Positions 52,071-64,000 of a stretch of DNA of 64,000 bases are shown here, piece after piece. The stretch is taken from positions 176,266,001 through 176,330,000 of the forward strand of contig OX597815.1 of the NCBI GenBank assembly GCA_951406725.2. The letters run 5' to 3'. The notes under the pieces are model-generated. The model did no database searches. It saw only the letters and a list, made by a program, of their open reading frames with translations, and was not told the DNA's origin. The stretch is from Octopus vulgaris. Its lineage: Eukaryota. Positions within the stretch are counted from its first letter, which is position 1. Each line of letters begins with the position of its first letter. The translations under genes were made by a program, and so were the position numbers.

Positions 52071-52298
52071 TATTTCGTTACTACCCACAAGGTACTAAAC
52101 ACAGAGGGGACAAACAAGGACAGGCAAATGGATTAAGTCAATTATATCGACACCAGTACGCAACTGGTGTTTATTTAATCGACCCCAAAAGGATGAAAGG
52201 CAAAGTCGACCTTGGCGGAATTTGAACTCAGAACGTAACAGGAGACGAAATACGGCTACACATTTCGCCCGGCATGCTAATGTTTCTGCCAGCTCACC
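52071..52298 (-). mobile_element. SINE B inserted into a 27-bp minisatellite
   Basis: Flanked by CACCCAT(G/T)CTGGTACC duplication. Confidence 0.8.
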
Positions 52299-52716
52299 AC
52301 CCATTCTGGTACCACATATCAAAGCACCCATTCTGGTACCACATATCAAAGCACCCATTCTGGTACCACATATCAAAGCACCCATTCTGGTGCCATGTTA
52401 GAAGCACTGGTGCTGGTGCCACATAAAAAGCATCCAGTATGTTCTATAAAGTGGTTGGCATTAAGAAGGGCATCCAACTGCAGAAACCTTGCCTGGTGCA
52501 GCTCTCCAGCTTGCCAGCTCCTGGCAAATGATCCAACATGGAAAACAGATATTCCATAATGATGATGATGATGACTAACTACAATGTCCCCTAAACCTGT
52601 TCATCTCTTCAGAAAAGTAACTGTAATCTACTTTGAAAAACAGTTTCAACAAATAATGAAAGATTTACAAGCAGAAAAAAAAAATGATCGTATATAAAGG
52701 AACGAGAGTGACTCAC

Positions 52717-52831
52717 CAATAAAAGCATGCAACTTTCCTTCTTCAGTATAAGAATCTACAAGAACTCCTCCAAGTTTGATGCAATTGTTGAAAACTATGT
52801 CATTTGACCATTTAATTTCAATGTTAATATC
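52717..52831 (-). CDS. HLCS: HLCS exon E: DINIEIKWSNDIVFNNCIKLGGVLVDS...FI(G)
   Basis: TTCAG acceptor and GTGAGT donor. 115 bp, phase 0/1. Contains the KW(P>S)ND and K(L/I)GGVL motifs. Confidence 0.95.
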
Positions 52832-53361
52832 CTGAAAAGAATAAGATGTTTGTGTATAGATCAGTAAATAACTTTGAGTAAATTGCAAACCTACACAAGT
52901 GAATAATGGGTGAAGAACAAAAGTGGAATTTCGAAAGAAGTATCTCTAAAACTAGTTTTTAAACATGGAATGAAATAGGAATTCGAGGGGTCTAGAGGTA
53001 AAAAAAATGGTTGAGAACCACTGATATAGATGAAAAAATTATATTTATAACCCTGAAACCTAGATATACAGACCAACAGTTTTGTCTAAAACCAATTACA
53101 GTGGAGCTGGGTCAGTGACCAGGTTGCAGATAGCGTGAAGAACATTTTGACAGCAAATAATAAATGTTTAACTAAAGTTAATAGTTTTTATGTGTTGTTG
53201 AATGGCTGATATGTGTTAATTAACATTCTGTTAATTAGTTTCAATACACAATCTGAGATCAAATCACTTGTCGGGCAAATAGATTTCTGGAGAAAATATC
53301 TTATTGACTAATACCCTTTTTCTTACATCTGATATTCTTCTTGGCTGTTTGTAACTCTTTA

Positions 53362-53523
53362 GGTGTAGGAGTGGCTGTGTGGTAAGTAGCTTGCTTATGA
53401 ACCACATGGTTCTGGGTTCAGTCCCACTGTGTGGCACCTTGGGCAAGTGTCTTCTACTATAGCCTTGGGCCGACCAAAGCCTCGTGAGTGGATTTGGTAG
53501 ACGGAAACTGAAAGAAGCCCGTC

Positions 53524-53579
<56 letters not shown>

Positions 53580-53788
53580 ATATGTTTGTGTGACTGTGTT
53601 TGTCCCCCCAACATCGCTTGACAACCGATGCTGGTGTGTTTACGTCCCCGTAACTTAGCGGTTTGGCAAAGAGACCGATGGAATAAGTACTAGGCTTACA
53701 AAGAATAAGTCCTAGGGTCGATTTGCTCGGCTAAAGGCGGTACTCCAGCATGGCCACAGTCATATGACTGAAACAAGTAAAAGAGTAA
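53362..53788 (+). mobile_element. tRNA-derived SINE family A, full length with internal (TA)(TG)n, representative of more than 12 copies
   Basis: Head GGAGTGGCTGTGTGGTAAG (A box) and GGGTTCAGTCCC (B box). Tail GACTGAAACAAGTAAAAGAGTA. Confidence 0.9.
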
Positions 53789-54846
53789 TATGATTAATGA
53801 TATTAAGGCGGCAAGCTGGCAGGATCGTTAGCACCCTGGGCAAAATGTTTAGCAGCATTTCATCTGCTTTTACCATCTGAGTTCAAATTCTGCTAAAGGT
53901 CGACTTTGCATTTCGTCCTTTTGGGGTCACTAAAATAAGTACCAGAAAAGCACTTGGGTTGATGCAGTTGACTTACTCCTCCCTCAAAATTGCCGGCCTT
54001 GTGCTAAAATTTTAAACCAATATAATTAACAACATTTTCCTTAGTTTGCAGTGTTCTGTTCACCTCCAATTTGACTGAGGTAACACAAAAGCTCCCTCAT
54101 GATAGGGTCTTCTCTATTAAACCTTCCTTTGAAAGTTGCCTGGCTTGCTATCAGTTATGACAATGAATGTTCCAGTTGATTTGATCAACTGAACAAGTGA
54201 CACCTGAAATTAAGATGCAAGCAGCTGAGCAATGTACAGGTACACATACCTTGAACATAGTTCTCTAGGACATTCAGCATGACACAGAATGTGACAAGGC
54301 TGGCCCATTGAATTACTGGTACAACTCATTTCTCTCAGCTGAGTGGACTGGAGCTACGAGCAATGTGAAGTGTGTTGCCACTGGAGGTCAAATTCATGAC
54401 CTTTCAATCGTGAACTGAATATTCCTAACCACATATCAAATGGAAATTGTAGTTGCGATACCTGTGCCGGTGGCACGTAAAAAGCACCATCCGAACATGA
54501 CCGATGCCAACACCGCCATGACTGGCTTCTGTGCCGGTGGCACATAAAAAGCACCCACTACACTCATGGAGTGGTTGGCGTTAGGAAGGGCATCCAGCTG
54601 TAGAAACACTGCCAGATCAGACTGGAGCCTGGTGCAGCCTCCTGGCTTCGCAGACCCCGGTCAAACCGTCCAACCTGGGGTAGCACAGAAAATGGACATT
54701 AAACGATGATGATGATGATGATAAATAAGCCACACACCTTCACTCAGAAAGGAATTTTTCTCCTTTTCTGAAAGTAAATAATTATGAAACTACCATTACA
54801 GGGAACAACTTGTCCCCTGATTTATGACAAGGAAGCTTTATCTCAC

Positions 54847-55007
54847 CTCATATCCTGGTAACTCCCGTACACTTAGTACCATAGCAAGGCCGCAGAAATG
54901 TTGCAGAAATGTTGGTGCTTGACCAAGTGCACTGGATGCATCCAAGCAGACATGCAGAGTAAACATTGCACAACCAGGTGGACTTATCCATTGGTTTCCT
55001 CCACGAC
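54847..55007 (-). CDS. HLCS: HLCS exon D: GRGGNQWISPPGCAMFTLH...FLQHFCGLAMVLSVRELPGYE
   Basis: TAG acceptor and GTGAGA donor. 161 bp, phase 1/0. Contains the biotin-binding loop GRGRGGNxWxSP. Confidence 0.95.
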
Positions 55008-55276
55008 CTACCAAATAAGAAAGCTATATTCATCACAAATATTATTATAATCATCATCGCTAACATTATAGCCACCATTACCTATTTTTTAAATTCTTTT
55101 ACTTGTTTCAGTCATTTGACTGTGGCCATGCTGGAGCACCTCCCTTAGTCAAACAAATCAATCCCAGGTCTTATTCTTTGTAAACCTGGTACTTACTGGT
55201 AAGATACAGGGACATAAACATACCAATATCAGTTGTCAAGCAATGGTGGGGGGACAAACATAGACACACAGATACA

Positions 55277-56034
<758 letters not shown>

Positions 56035-57081
56035 CACATATATATGATGGGCTTCTTTCAGTTTCCGTCTACCAAATCCACTCATAAGGCTTTGGTAGGC
56101 CAAGGTTATAGTAGTAGACACTTGCCCATGGTGCCACACAGTGGGACTGAACCCGGAACCACGTGGTTGGGAAACAAGCTTCTTAGCACATGCCATGCCT
56201 GCACCTATTATTGTCTTTTACTGGTTTCAGTCATTAGACTGCAGCCATGCTGGAGCACTACCTTGCAGAATTTGTTTTAGAATGAATTGTCCCTAATTCC
56301 TACTTTCGTTTTTCGTAAACCTGGCACTTATTCTATTGGTCTCTTTTGCTGGACTGCTAAGTTACAAGGATGTAAACACACCAAGACTGGCTGTCAAGTA
56401 GTAATGGAGAACAAACACAGAAACAAAGACACACAGACGTGCATATACGACAGGCTTCTTTCAGTTTCCGTCAACAAAAGCCACTCATAAAACTTTGGTT
56501 GGTCCAAGGCTATAGTAGAAGATACTTGTCCAAAGTGTCACGCAGTAGGACCGAACCCAGAACCATGTGATTGGGAACAAAAAAGGCCAATAGGACCTAC
56601 AATTGATTTGAGTGATTTAGCTGCTATTTCTAGCAAGTCACTGAACTGCATAGAGGGTCTTTTGTCATTCTGTGCTGTTTTATGCTATTTTATCTTTTGT
56701 GCTATTTTATGTCAAAGCTGTCCAAAATTGCATTTCTGTCCATTCAACGACAGCTGTTCTTCAACCATGTTCATGTAGAATATGTCCACATCTACTTCAC
56801 TCACAAGAATCCAGTCTGTGAAGCTGGAAATGAGTAGAAAATAGAACCAGCAGTGCTGAACTGACATAATGCTTTTGATAGGGTCTGTCATAAGACCAAT
56901 ATGTGATTCAGTGTGGCAGTGAGATGTCTCATAACAGAATGTCATGAATGGGGCCCACAATTAAAATAATAGCATTGAATAAAATAAAAATAACTTCAAT
57001 AAAAAAAGAATAAAAACATACAGTGAGTTAAACAATAAAAATCAACAACGAAAAAACGATTATAATAAAAAAAATACAGAC

Positions 57082-57149
57082 CTCTGCCACTTGTCTGTCT
57101 CCCAGCAATGGCTACTAAACCAGCCTGTGGATAATTCTTTGTGATTAGA
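57082..57149 (-). CDS. HLCS: HLCS exon C: (P)LITKNYPQAGLVAIAGRQTSGR(G)
   Basis: TTTAG acceptor and GT donor. 68 bp, phase 2/1. Carries the BPL 'A.RQT.G(K/R)G' motif. Missed by the ORF track. Confidence 0.92.
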
Positions 57150-58375
57150 CTAAAGAGATAAGATTAAAGAGAAACAAATCAGACAAGATATGAAAAAGCA
57201 TTTTTTGTACTAATCGGCTGCAAAGTAAAGGTTACAAAACACTTTTATAATAACAACTCACATGACCTGTGAAAAGAACACATGTGTTTCATTTCATTTT
57301 TATGTCTAAATTCATAGATTTTTATAACACTGTTTTCATTTATTATGTTAAGGCTTTCGATTATGTCTTCAGTTTTATTCCATTGAAAAGTGTAGGCATC
57401 AAACACATGTTGTGACAAAGAGAACCACAATGACAATTATTACTTTTAACATTGGCTGAAATTTTGGAAGGGATGAGTACCAGTTCATGACTGGTATTCA
57501 TTACTTTATTTATACTTAGGATCTCTTTCTCTCTCACTCTGACACCCTCTCTTTCTCTCTAAGAAAACTCCAGTTACATAACTGGACTTTTCTTATGAAG
57601 ATGGGCCTTTGCACCTGGAATATAAAGGTTTGATTAAGCTTCCTGCTTTGTTAGAAGATGTCTTTTTTCTGTCTTTTTACATTCTTCAATATTAAAATGC
57701 TTCAAGCACACTACACCTGTAACTTTCTTTAAATGTAAACATCTTTAAATCTAGAATAAATAGGAAATGCTTAAAAATTCCAATTTTAATATTTTCTCAA
57801 CAGGAAATGTTGCTTTTATGGTCCTTTTTTAAAGTGCTTCTCAGTTACACAATGAAATTGCAAAGTGAGTTCTAATTTACTTCCTCTCTCCATCTTTGAA
57901 ATATATTCCTGTTTTTCCATATACCATGCAATGTATTGCACCTATTAAAGCGGTGTGTATGATTTTGAAATCTGTAATACTTTAACCTTTGAGTCATTCT
58001 TGATAATCACTAGCTGGTGATTGACACACGCTAAGGACAGGTAACCACCCAGAAATTCGAGTCTGTGTGTATCATTAGCCAGTTGGAAGAGATGTCTTCC
58101 TGGGGCTATAAACATCAGTAGCGTTGTCCTTTACAGGACGCCACACTTGGTTGCCAATTATATGTTATGATTCTGTATTGCTACTGTTTACATCTCACTC
58201 GGAGATTTAATCTATAGGCACAGGAGTGGCTATGTGGTAAGTAGCTTTCTTACCAACCGCATGGTTCAGAGTTCGGTCCCACTGCATGGCACCTTGGGCA
58301 GGTGTCTTCTACTATAGTCTCAGGTTGGCCAAAGCCTTGAATAGATTTGGTAGATGGAAACTGAAAGAAGCCTGT

Positions 58376-58413
<38 letters not shown>

Positions 58414-58779
58414 TGAGAATTTTAATGGAGATAAAGCTCCAGTATAGAGTACAACTCTTTCTTTACTACCCACAAGGGGCTAAACACAGAGGGGACAAAC
58501 GGATTAAGTCGATTATATCGACTCCAGTGCATAACTGGTACTTAATTTATCGACCCCGAAAGTATGAAAGGCAAAGTTGACCTTGGTGGAATTTGAACTC
58601 AGAACATAACCACAGGCGAAATACTGCTAAGTATTTCGCCCGGCGTACTAACGATTCTACCAGCTCGCCACCTTAGTCTACAGTACAACCTAGTATAGAG
58701 TACAACTGTTTATTCACTTGTATATGAGCTAAAGATTAATAAAATTTGGAAGAAAAATTACTAGAATTAACAAGCAGTC

Positions 58780-59155
58780 CAACATCCTGTGCAGCTAATT
58801 TTAGACCATGAAGTAATTGGGTGGCGTTTGATATCATGTCAGAGAGCAAGGCTAAGTCATCAACAGAGTCTACATCAGTTATTTTTTGAGCTGGATGTTT
58901 GATCGATCATCTTTTCACAAGTGTGAAACTGAAGCTGTTTAGATTGTCAAATGATGCTTGGAGGACATAAGCCAGGGTGATCACAAAGAGAAAAGGTGCT
59001 GATGTTCTCCAACCTTGGAGAATTCTAGCTCTGATATCAAAGACACTTGTATTTCCATCTGGGGACTTTATCATTGGCTTGGTGTTGTTATAAAGAATTA
59101 TAAATGCTGCTGTTGTTTCCTCAGGGATTCCAAAGGACAGTGGTAGTTTTTCCAT
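58780..59155 (-). mobile_element. RTE LINE RT fragment
   Basis: FGIPE..LYNNT..IKSPDG.T..F.I..ILQG..SAPFLFVI and a DVD.VDDLALLSD (YADD-like) motif. Confidence 0.85.
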
Positions 59156-59752
59156 CTACCATATATACGTGTGTCTGTGTGAATGTATATACATATGCAT
59201 GTCAGTGTGAGTGCATGTGTGTATGTGTATACATATGCATGTGTGTGAATATGTGTTTGTGTGTGTGTGTGTGTGTGTAAGTGTGTGTGTATGTTTGTCT
59301 TATTATTCAATGTTAAAATCTATGTCTTTCCAATTGTTATTCGTTGAAGTGTGAATGTCTGCATTCACAAAACTTATTCAGTTCTCCTTTTGTTTTCAAT
59401 TTATCTTTCTTTTGTTAACAAAATCTCCAAATTTTCTTCCAAGCTCTTTGAGTGTGTTTGGTTGCTACCATGCCAGTGACGTGCACCGCTTCCCATTCGT
59501 GGAACTGGCCACCTTGAATTATGAGTAAACAATGGTTGTACAAATATATGAGAGGTATTGGTATCCAGAAGACCCAGGATGGCAGGTAAGGCTATGTAAA
59601 TGCTATGGGAGGACCATAGTTAGACTTTTGGTTCGATAATGATACGAGTGGGGAGTCTCTTATTTCCCTTTATACTTCCTATTTCCATCCTTTTCCAAAA
59701 TAACTCCTTATATTGAACTCTACTATTTCCCTCTATTTAACTCTCTCATAGC

Positions 59753-59800
59753 GTCTCTGATGAAGGGATATTCCTCATATCCCAGAAACAGCTGTAGGAC
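59753..59800 (+). ncRNA. Minimal hammerhead ribozyme (same family as 55917)
   Basis: gtct-CTGATGA-a gggata ttcctca tatccc a-GAAA-cagct-GTA-ggac. Confidence 0.75.
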
Positions 59801-60881
59801 TACCTTTCTCTTTATAAATGTCCAATAAATTCCACACAGTCAATAATATAAAATACCAGTCAACTTCTGGGGGAAATTTAATCAACTATCAAAAATGATT
59901 GTCCATGCGATCTTTTAAGATCGCATGGACAACATTAGGTGGAGCACAGTTTTGAATCTCATAAATATCGTTTTAATCTTCAGTCATTTTAATCGTCAAT
60001 CATTTTAATCTTTAGTAAAGCTACACTGCAATCAGACAGTTAACCAAATGCACCAAGCAAACATTCTAATATTTCACAACGTCAATAATGAAGTATTGTT
60101 TCTGAGCAGAACTAAGTTGTGGGTATATAAGCTGTGCTGTATTAGATGAATATTACAGCAGCAACAGCAGCTGCCACTGCTGCTGCAACTACAGGTCCTC
60201 CTCCTCCTCCTCCTGCTGTTGCTGTTGAGCGAACGGTCTTCTTCCCAGAGCTCGCAAGATGGGAGAAGTCCGAAACGTGGTCCTTTTGCTATTTGTAAGA
60301 CCTGCAGAAGAGAAAGCAGGTCAACCCCCAACACCGAGAGCATCGATGAATGGAATGTGCATCCAGGATCAGCGGTTGCATAGGAAGTCGGGGACAAGAA
60401 ACAGGAAGAAAGAGTGAGAAAAAGTTGGGGCGAAAGAGTACAACAGGGGTCGCTAACACCCCCTTCGGAGCCTCGTGGAGCTTTAGGCGTTTTTGCTCAA
60501 TAAACACACACAACGCCCGGTCTGGGAATTGAAACCGCGATCCTCCGACCATGAGTCGGCTGCCCTAACCACTGGGCTATTGCGCCTCCTGCTGCTGCTG
60601 CTGCTGCTGCTGCAAGAAGTACCCCAACAATCACACTGTCATCCATCATCTTAAATCCAGGTTTTGTCCCCATTAACGGGGGTGGTCGGATCTACCTCAT
60701 TGCCATAGAAACCACCCTCACACCATCTCACCCAGTTTTGGGCATCCTCCCTTCTCAAGTCAACCCTCCCAATCTCCTCCTCCACCTGTCTCCTTCACAT
60801 TTTCCTCACTCTACCTTGCTTTCACTGTCCATTCACCTCAAACTCTAGCTCCCATGGGTCCCAAATATTCCAAGCACTTAC

Positions 60882-61165
60882 GGATAAAGCAGTGGCATGG
60901 TGGTTGGTACAACGTCAACATATAAAAGAAGCTGTCCAAGACTTTTGGTTTGAAGGTTTTCCCAGTATTCTTTAGGTGTGAAGAACTGAAACTGGACATC
61001 TTTGTCTTCTTTCTCTTGAATTATGAGAGGAAGGCACTGGGCAGAAATTGGATGCATAACATCTTTTTGGCTTTCGACAAGCTGCAGAGATACGGAAGCG
61101 CCGATGAGTAAGTTGCTGCCATGTAACTTACAAGACAAAGCATGCAGGAGTTCTTTCTTGCGATT
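60882..61165 (-). CDS. HLCS: HLCS exon B: NRKKELLHAL...FFTPKEYWENLQTKSLGQLLLYVDVVPTTMPLLY
   Basis: TTCAG acceptor and GTAAGT donor. 284 bp, phase 0/2. Matches the HLCS segment '[24 protein letters not shown]'. Confidence 0.93.
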
Positions 61166-61427
61166 CTGAAAAACAATTTGAGAATTCAAAGAATTAACAT
61201 ACATGTACACACATATATGCGTTTACATACTTATATACACACACAAACACATACAAATACTTATATTGACATAAACATGTGGAAGGTTACCTTCTTTTGG
61301 TTAAGTATAAAGCAATATTTTAGGATCTGACAAGTTCAGAGAGAAGAGGAGACAGGAAGAAGAAGAAGAAGAAAAAGAGGTAGTCTTTGAAGAAGTCACA
61401 AAATGTGTGATGAAAGAACTCTGATAA

Positions 61428-61429
61428 AT

Positions 61430-61483
<54 letters not shown>

Positions 61484-61532
61484 ATAATAATAAGTAGAAG
61501 AAGAAGAAGAAGAAAAAGGAGAAGAAGAAGAA
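61428..61532. repeat. (TAG)n/(TAA)/(AAG)n trinucleotide tract
   Basis: Seen directly in the sequence. Confidence 0.95.
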
Positions 61533-62284
61533 AGATAAAGTAAAGATCAAATAAACGATGCATGTGTTTATTGTCAAAATAAAATGACCAATCCCGAGTA
61601 TAACAATATCTGTTTCAACACAGGATTTCGCATGAGGAATTTTTCAAAACAAATCCATAAGCATAGAAGCATTTTGAGTTTAGGAGAAATACAAAGTTCT
61701 TGTATTCGTGCTTTTCTCAAAAGAATTATCAGAACAAGGAAAGTGAATTCACATACACCTAGAATTGAAATTGCATAGCAGATGCACCTTACTAAGAACT
61801 CAACCAAACTTGAGAGCGTTTTATAAGTGCAGACAAACAAAATATTGATTTAGATGATTGTTATGGAGGGGATGGAAGACAATAATTCTTCCTTTGCCAA
61901 GCCGCTGCCATGGAAAAAGCACTCAAGACACTTTGCAAAATAGTTGGTATTAAGAAGGGCATCTAACCATAGAAGCCATGCCAAAACAGTCAATGGAACC
62001 TGGTGTGGCTCCTGACCCTGTCAGCACTTGTCAAACTGTCCAACCCATACCAGCATGGGAAACGGATGTTAAATAATGACGATGATATATATACACACAC
62101 ACATATACATATATCTACATTCATATACATACATACGCATACATACATATATACATATATATCTACATATACATACATATACATACACATACATATATAC
62201 ATATATATCTACATATACATACATACATATATATACATACATACAAATATATATTTATATATACATATACATACATACATAAAT

Positions 62285-62598
62285 ATAAAGGAGCACTCCG
62301 TCGGTTACGACAAGGGTCCCAGCTGATACGATCAACAGAATAGCTTGCTCGTGAAATTAACGTGCAAATGGCTGAGCATTCCACAGACACGTGTACCCTT
62401 AACGTAGTTCGCAAGGAGATTCAGTGTGACAAGCCTGGCCCTTTTTTGAAATACAGGTACTACTCATTTTTGCCAGCTGAGTGGATTAGAGCAATGTGAA
62501 ATAAAGTGTCTTGCTCAAGGACACAACGTGTCGCCAGGAATCGAACTCTCAACCTTACGATTATGAGCCGAATGCCTGTAACCACTAAGCCACGCGCA
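62285..62598 (-). mobile_element. tRNA-derived SINE family E (CORE-like domain), related copy at ~54150-54430
   Basis: Head GCGTGGCTTAGTGG..GAGTTCGATTCC followed by GTGTCCTTGAGCAAGACACTT. Confidence 0.75.
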
Positions 62599-62659
62599 CT
62601 CACTACATAAATATATACATATATATATACTTACATACATACATAGAGAGAGAGAGAGG

Positions 62660-62701
<42 letters not shown>

Positions 62702-62870
62702 AAGAGAGAGAGAGGGAGAGAGAGAGAGACAAATATAAGCAAACATAAGCACATATGCAAACACACAAACACACACTTCACTTATGCACATAAACTGAAT
62801 GTATTGATTAAAACACAGATGTTGAAGTGAAAATGCCAATTCCAAAAGCAGACGATTCGCACTCACTGAC

Positions 62871-63053
62871 CTTTTCTGCTGAGAGTAGAGTAGCAGACGT
62901 AAGAAGCGGTAGTTGTGGTGCACTTGAGTCGAGACCAAGTCTAGCAGACATTAAATCCTGCAGCACCTCAAACCTGACAGAGTTATGAGACTGAAGAGAA
63001 GCAAAAGTTTCTTTACTTGAAAGAAAATCCGTCGGATCTTTATCAAGTGCAGC
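62871..63053 (-). CDS. HLCS: HLCS exon A (first visible): AALDKDPTDF...NSVRFEVLQDLMSARLGLD...LTSATLLSAEK
   Basis: AG acceptor after a pyrimidine tract and GTCAGT donor. 183 bp, phase 0/0. Resembles the vertebrate HLCS segment 'SNFRRYEVLREILTTLGL...LTPLYLLS' and splices in frame to the next exon. Confidence 0.85.
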
Positions 63054-63215
63054 CTACAAAAACAAAAAAAAAAGCAGAAAAATATAACAACAACAACAAT
63101 AATAATAATCATCAACATCATCGTCAGCAGCATATGAATGGTTTCAAATTTGGCACAAGGCCAGCAATTTTGGGGGCAAGTTAATAGTATTATTAAGTGT
63201 TCAACTGTACTTACC

Positions 63216-63448
63216 TATTTCTTTACTACCCACAAGGGGTTAAACACAGAGAGGACAAACAAGGACAGACAAAAAGGATTAAGTCAATTACATCGACCCC
63301 AATGCATAACCGGTCCTTAATTTATCGACCCCCACAAAAGACAAAAGGCAAAGTCGACCTTGGCAGAATTTGAACTCAGAATGTAACGGCAGACGAAATA
63401 CCGCTAGGCATTTCGCTTGGTGTGCTAATGATTCTGCCAGCTTACCGT
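63216..63448 (-). mobile_element. SINE B with TSD CTGTACTTACC
   Basis: Family B body, with the duplicated flank at ~63205 and 63449. Confidence 0.8.
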
Positions 63449-64000
63449 CTGTACTTACCTTATTGACCCTGATAGGATGACAGGCAAAGTTAACTTTGGC
63501 AGAATTTGAACTTGGAACACAGGAACAAATGAAATGCTGCAAAGCGCTTTGCCCAATGTGTTAATGATTCAACCAGCTCACCACCTTGTTACTGTGATAG
63601 ATGAAATGGCTAATGGCATTTTTTCTGACTCTACGTTCTGAGTTCAAATTCTGACAGGGAGGACTTTGCTTTTCATCCTTTCAGGGTTGATAAAATAAGT
63701 ACCAGATGACAGCTGGGGTCAATGTTATTGAATTATCACCACCCCAACAACAAAATTGCTGGCCTTATTCCAAAATTTGAAGCCAATAAAGTAATATGTT
63801 TTTCCCTCATAACAGTAGTCTCTTTATCTCACTCAATCTTTGTTAATGGCTACTAAAGATTATAATAAATTCTCTGGAACATACAAGCTTGCTTCAGTCT
63901 AATAAACTTATGTGAAAGAAAATACCCAGATTCAATAGTTCTCAGATAAGTCAGCTGTGGTAAACGGATCCGATGCTTTTGCAAAGATATCAAATTTAAC

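Noticed and set aside
53009-53023. hAT/Charlie-like TIR CAGTGGTTCTCAAC (minus strand)
   Set aside because: No matching second TIR or TSD could be located.
56712-56960. Possible extra or nested exon in an HLCS intron
   Set aside because: HLCS exons C and D already join in frame across the GRG motif, and I recognise no homology or clear splice sites.

Overview
This is eukaryotic, AT-rich, repeat-dominated DNA with no sign of prokaryotic gene structure. The SINE families, dense (TA)/(CA)/(GAT)n microsatellites and Penelope/RTE content suggest an octopus or other coleoid cephalopod genome (inference). One real gene is visible: the 3' part of holocarboxylase synthetase (HLCS, biotin-protein ligase) on the minus strand. 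It has seven phase-compatible GT-AG exons from 63053 to the stop at 23454, including a ~26 kb intron, and its 5' exons lie beyond the window's right edge. Its catalytic motif reads KWSND instead of KWPND. The rest is a nested mosaic of mobile elements: two tandem ORF1-only Tx1/L1-like (HAL1-like) units, two Merlin transposase relics, two Merlin-type MITEs with 8-bp TSDs and telomere-like cores, a twin-primed RTE insertion, a Naiad-type Penelope element, a long-TIR mariner derivative and several tRNA-derived SINE families. The most notable non-coding signal is about 10 minimal hammerhead-ribozyme motifs (intact to decayed) in Penelope-related elements. These include one fused to a tRNA-like pol III head. 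A SECIS-shaped hairpin also follows the Naiad ORF. Nearly all ORFs in the supplied track are microsatellite or repeat artefacts.
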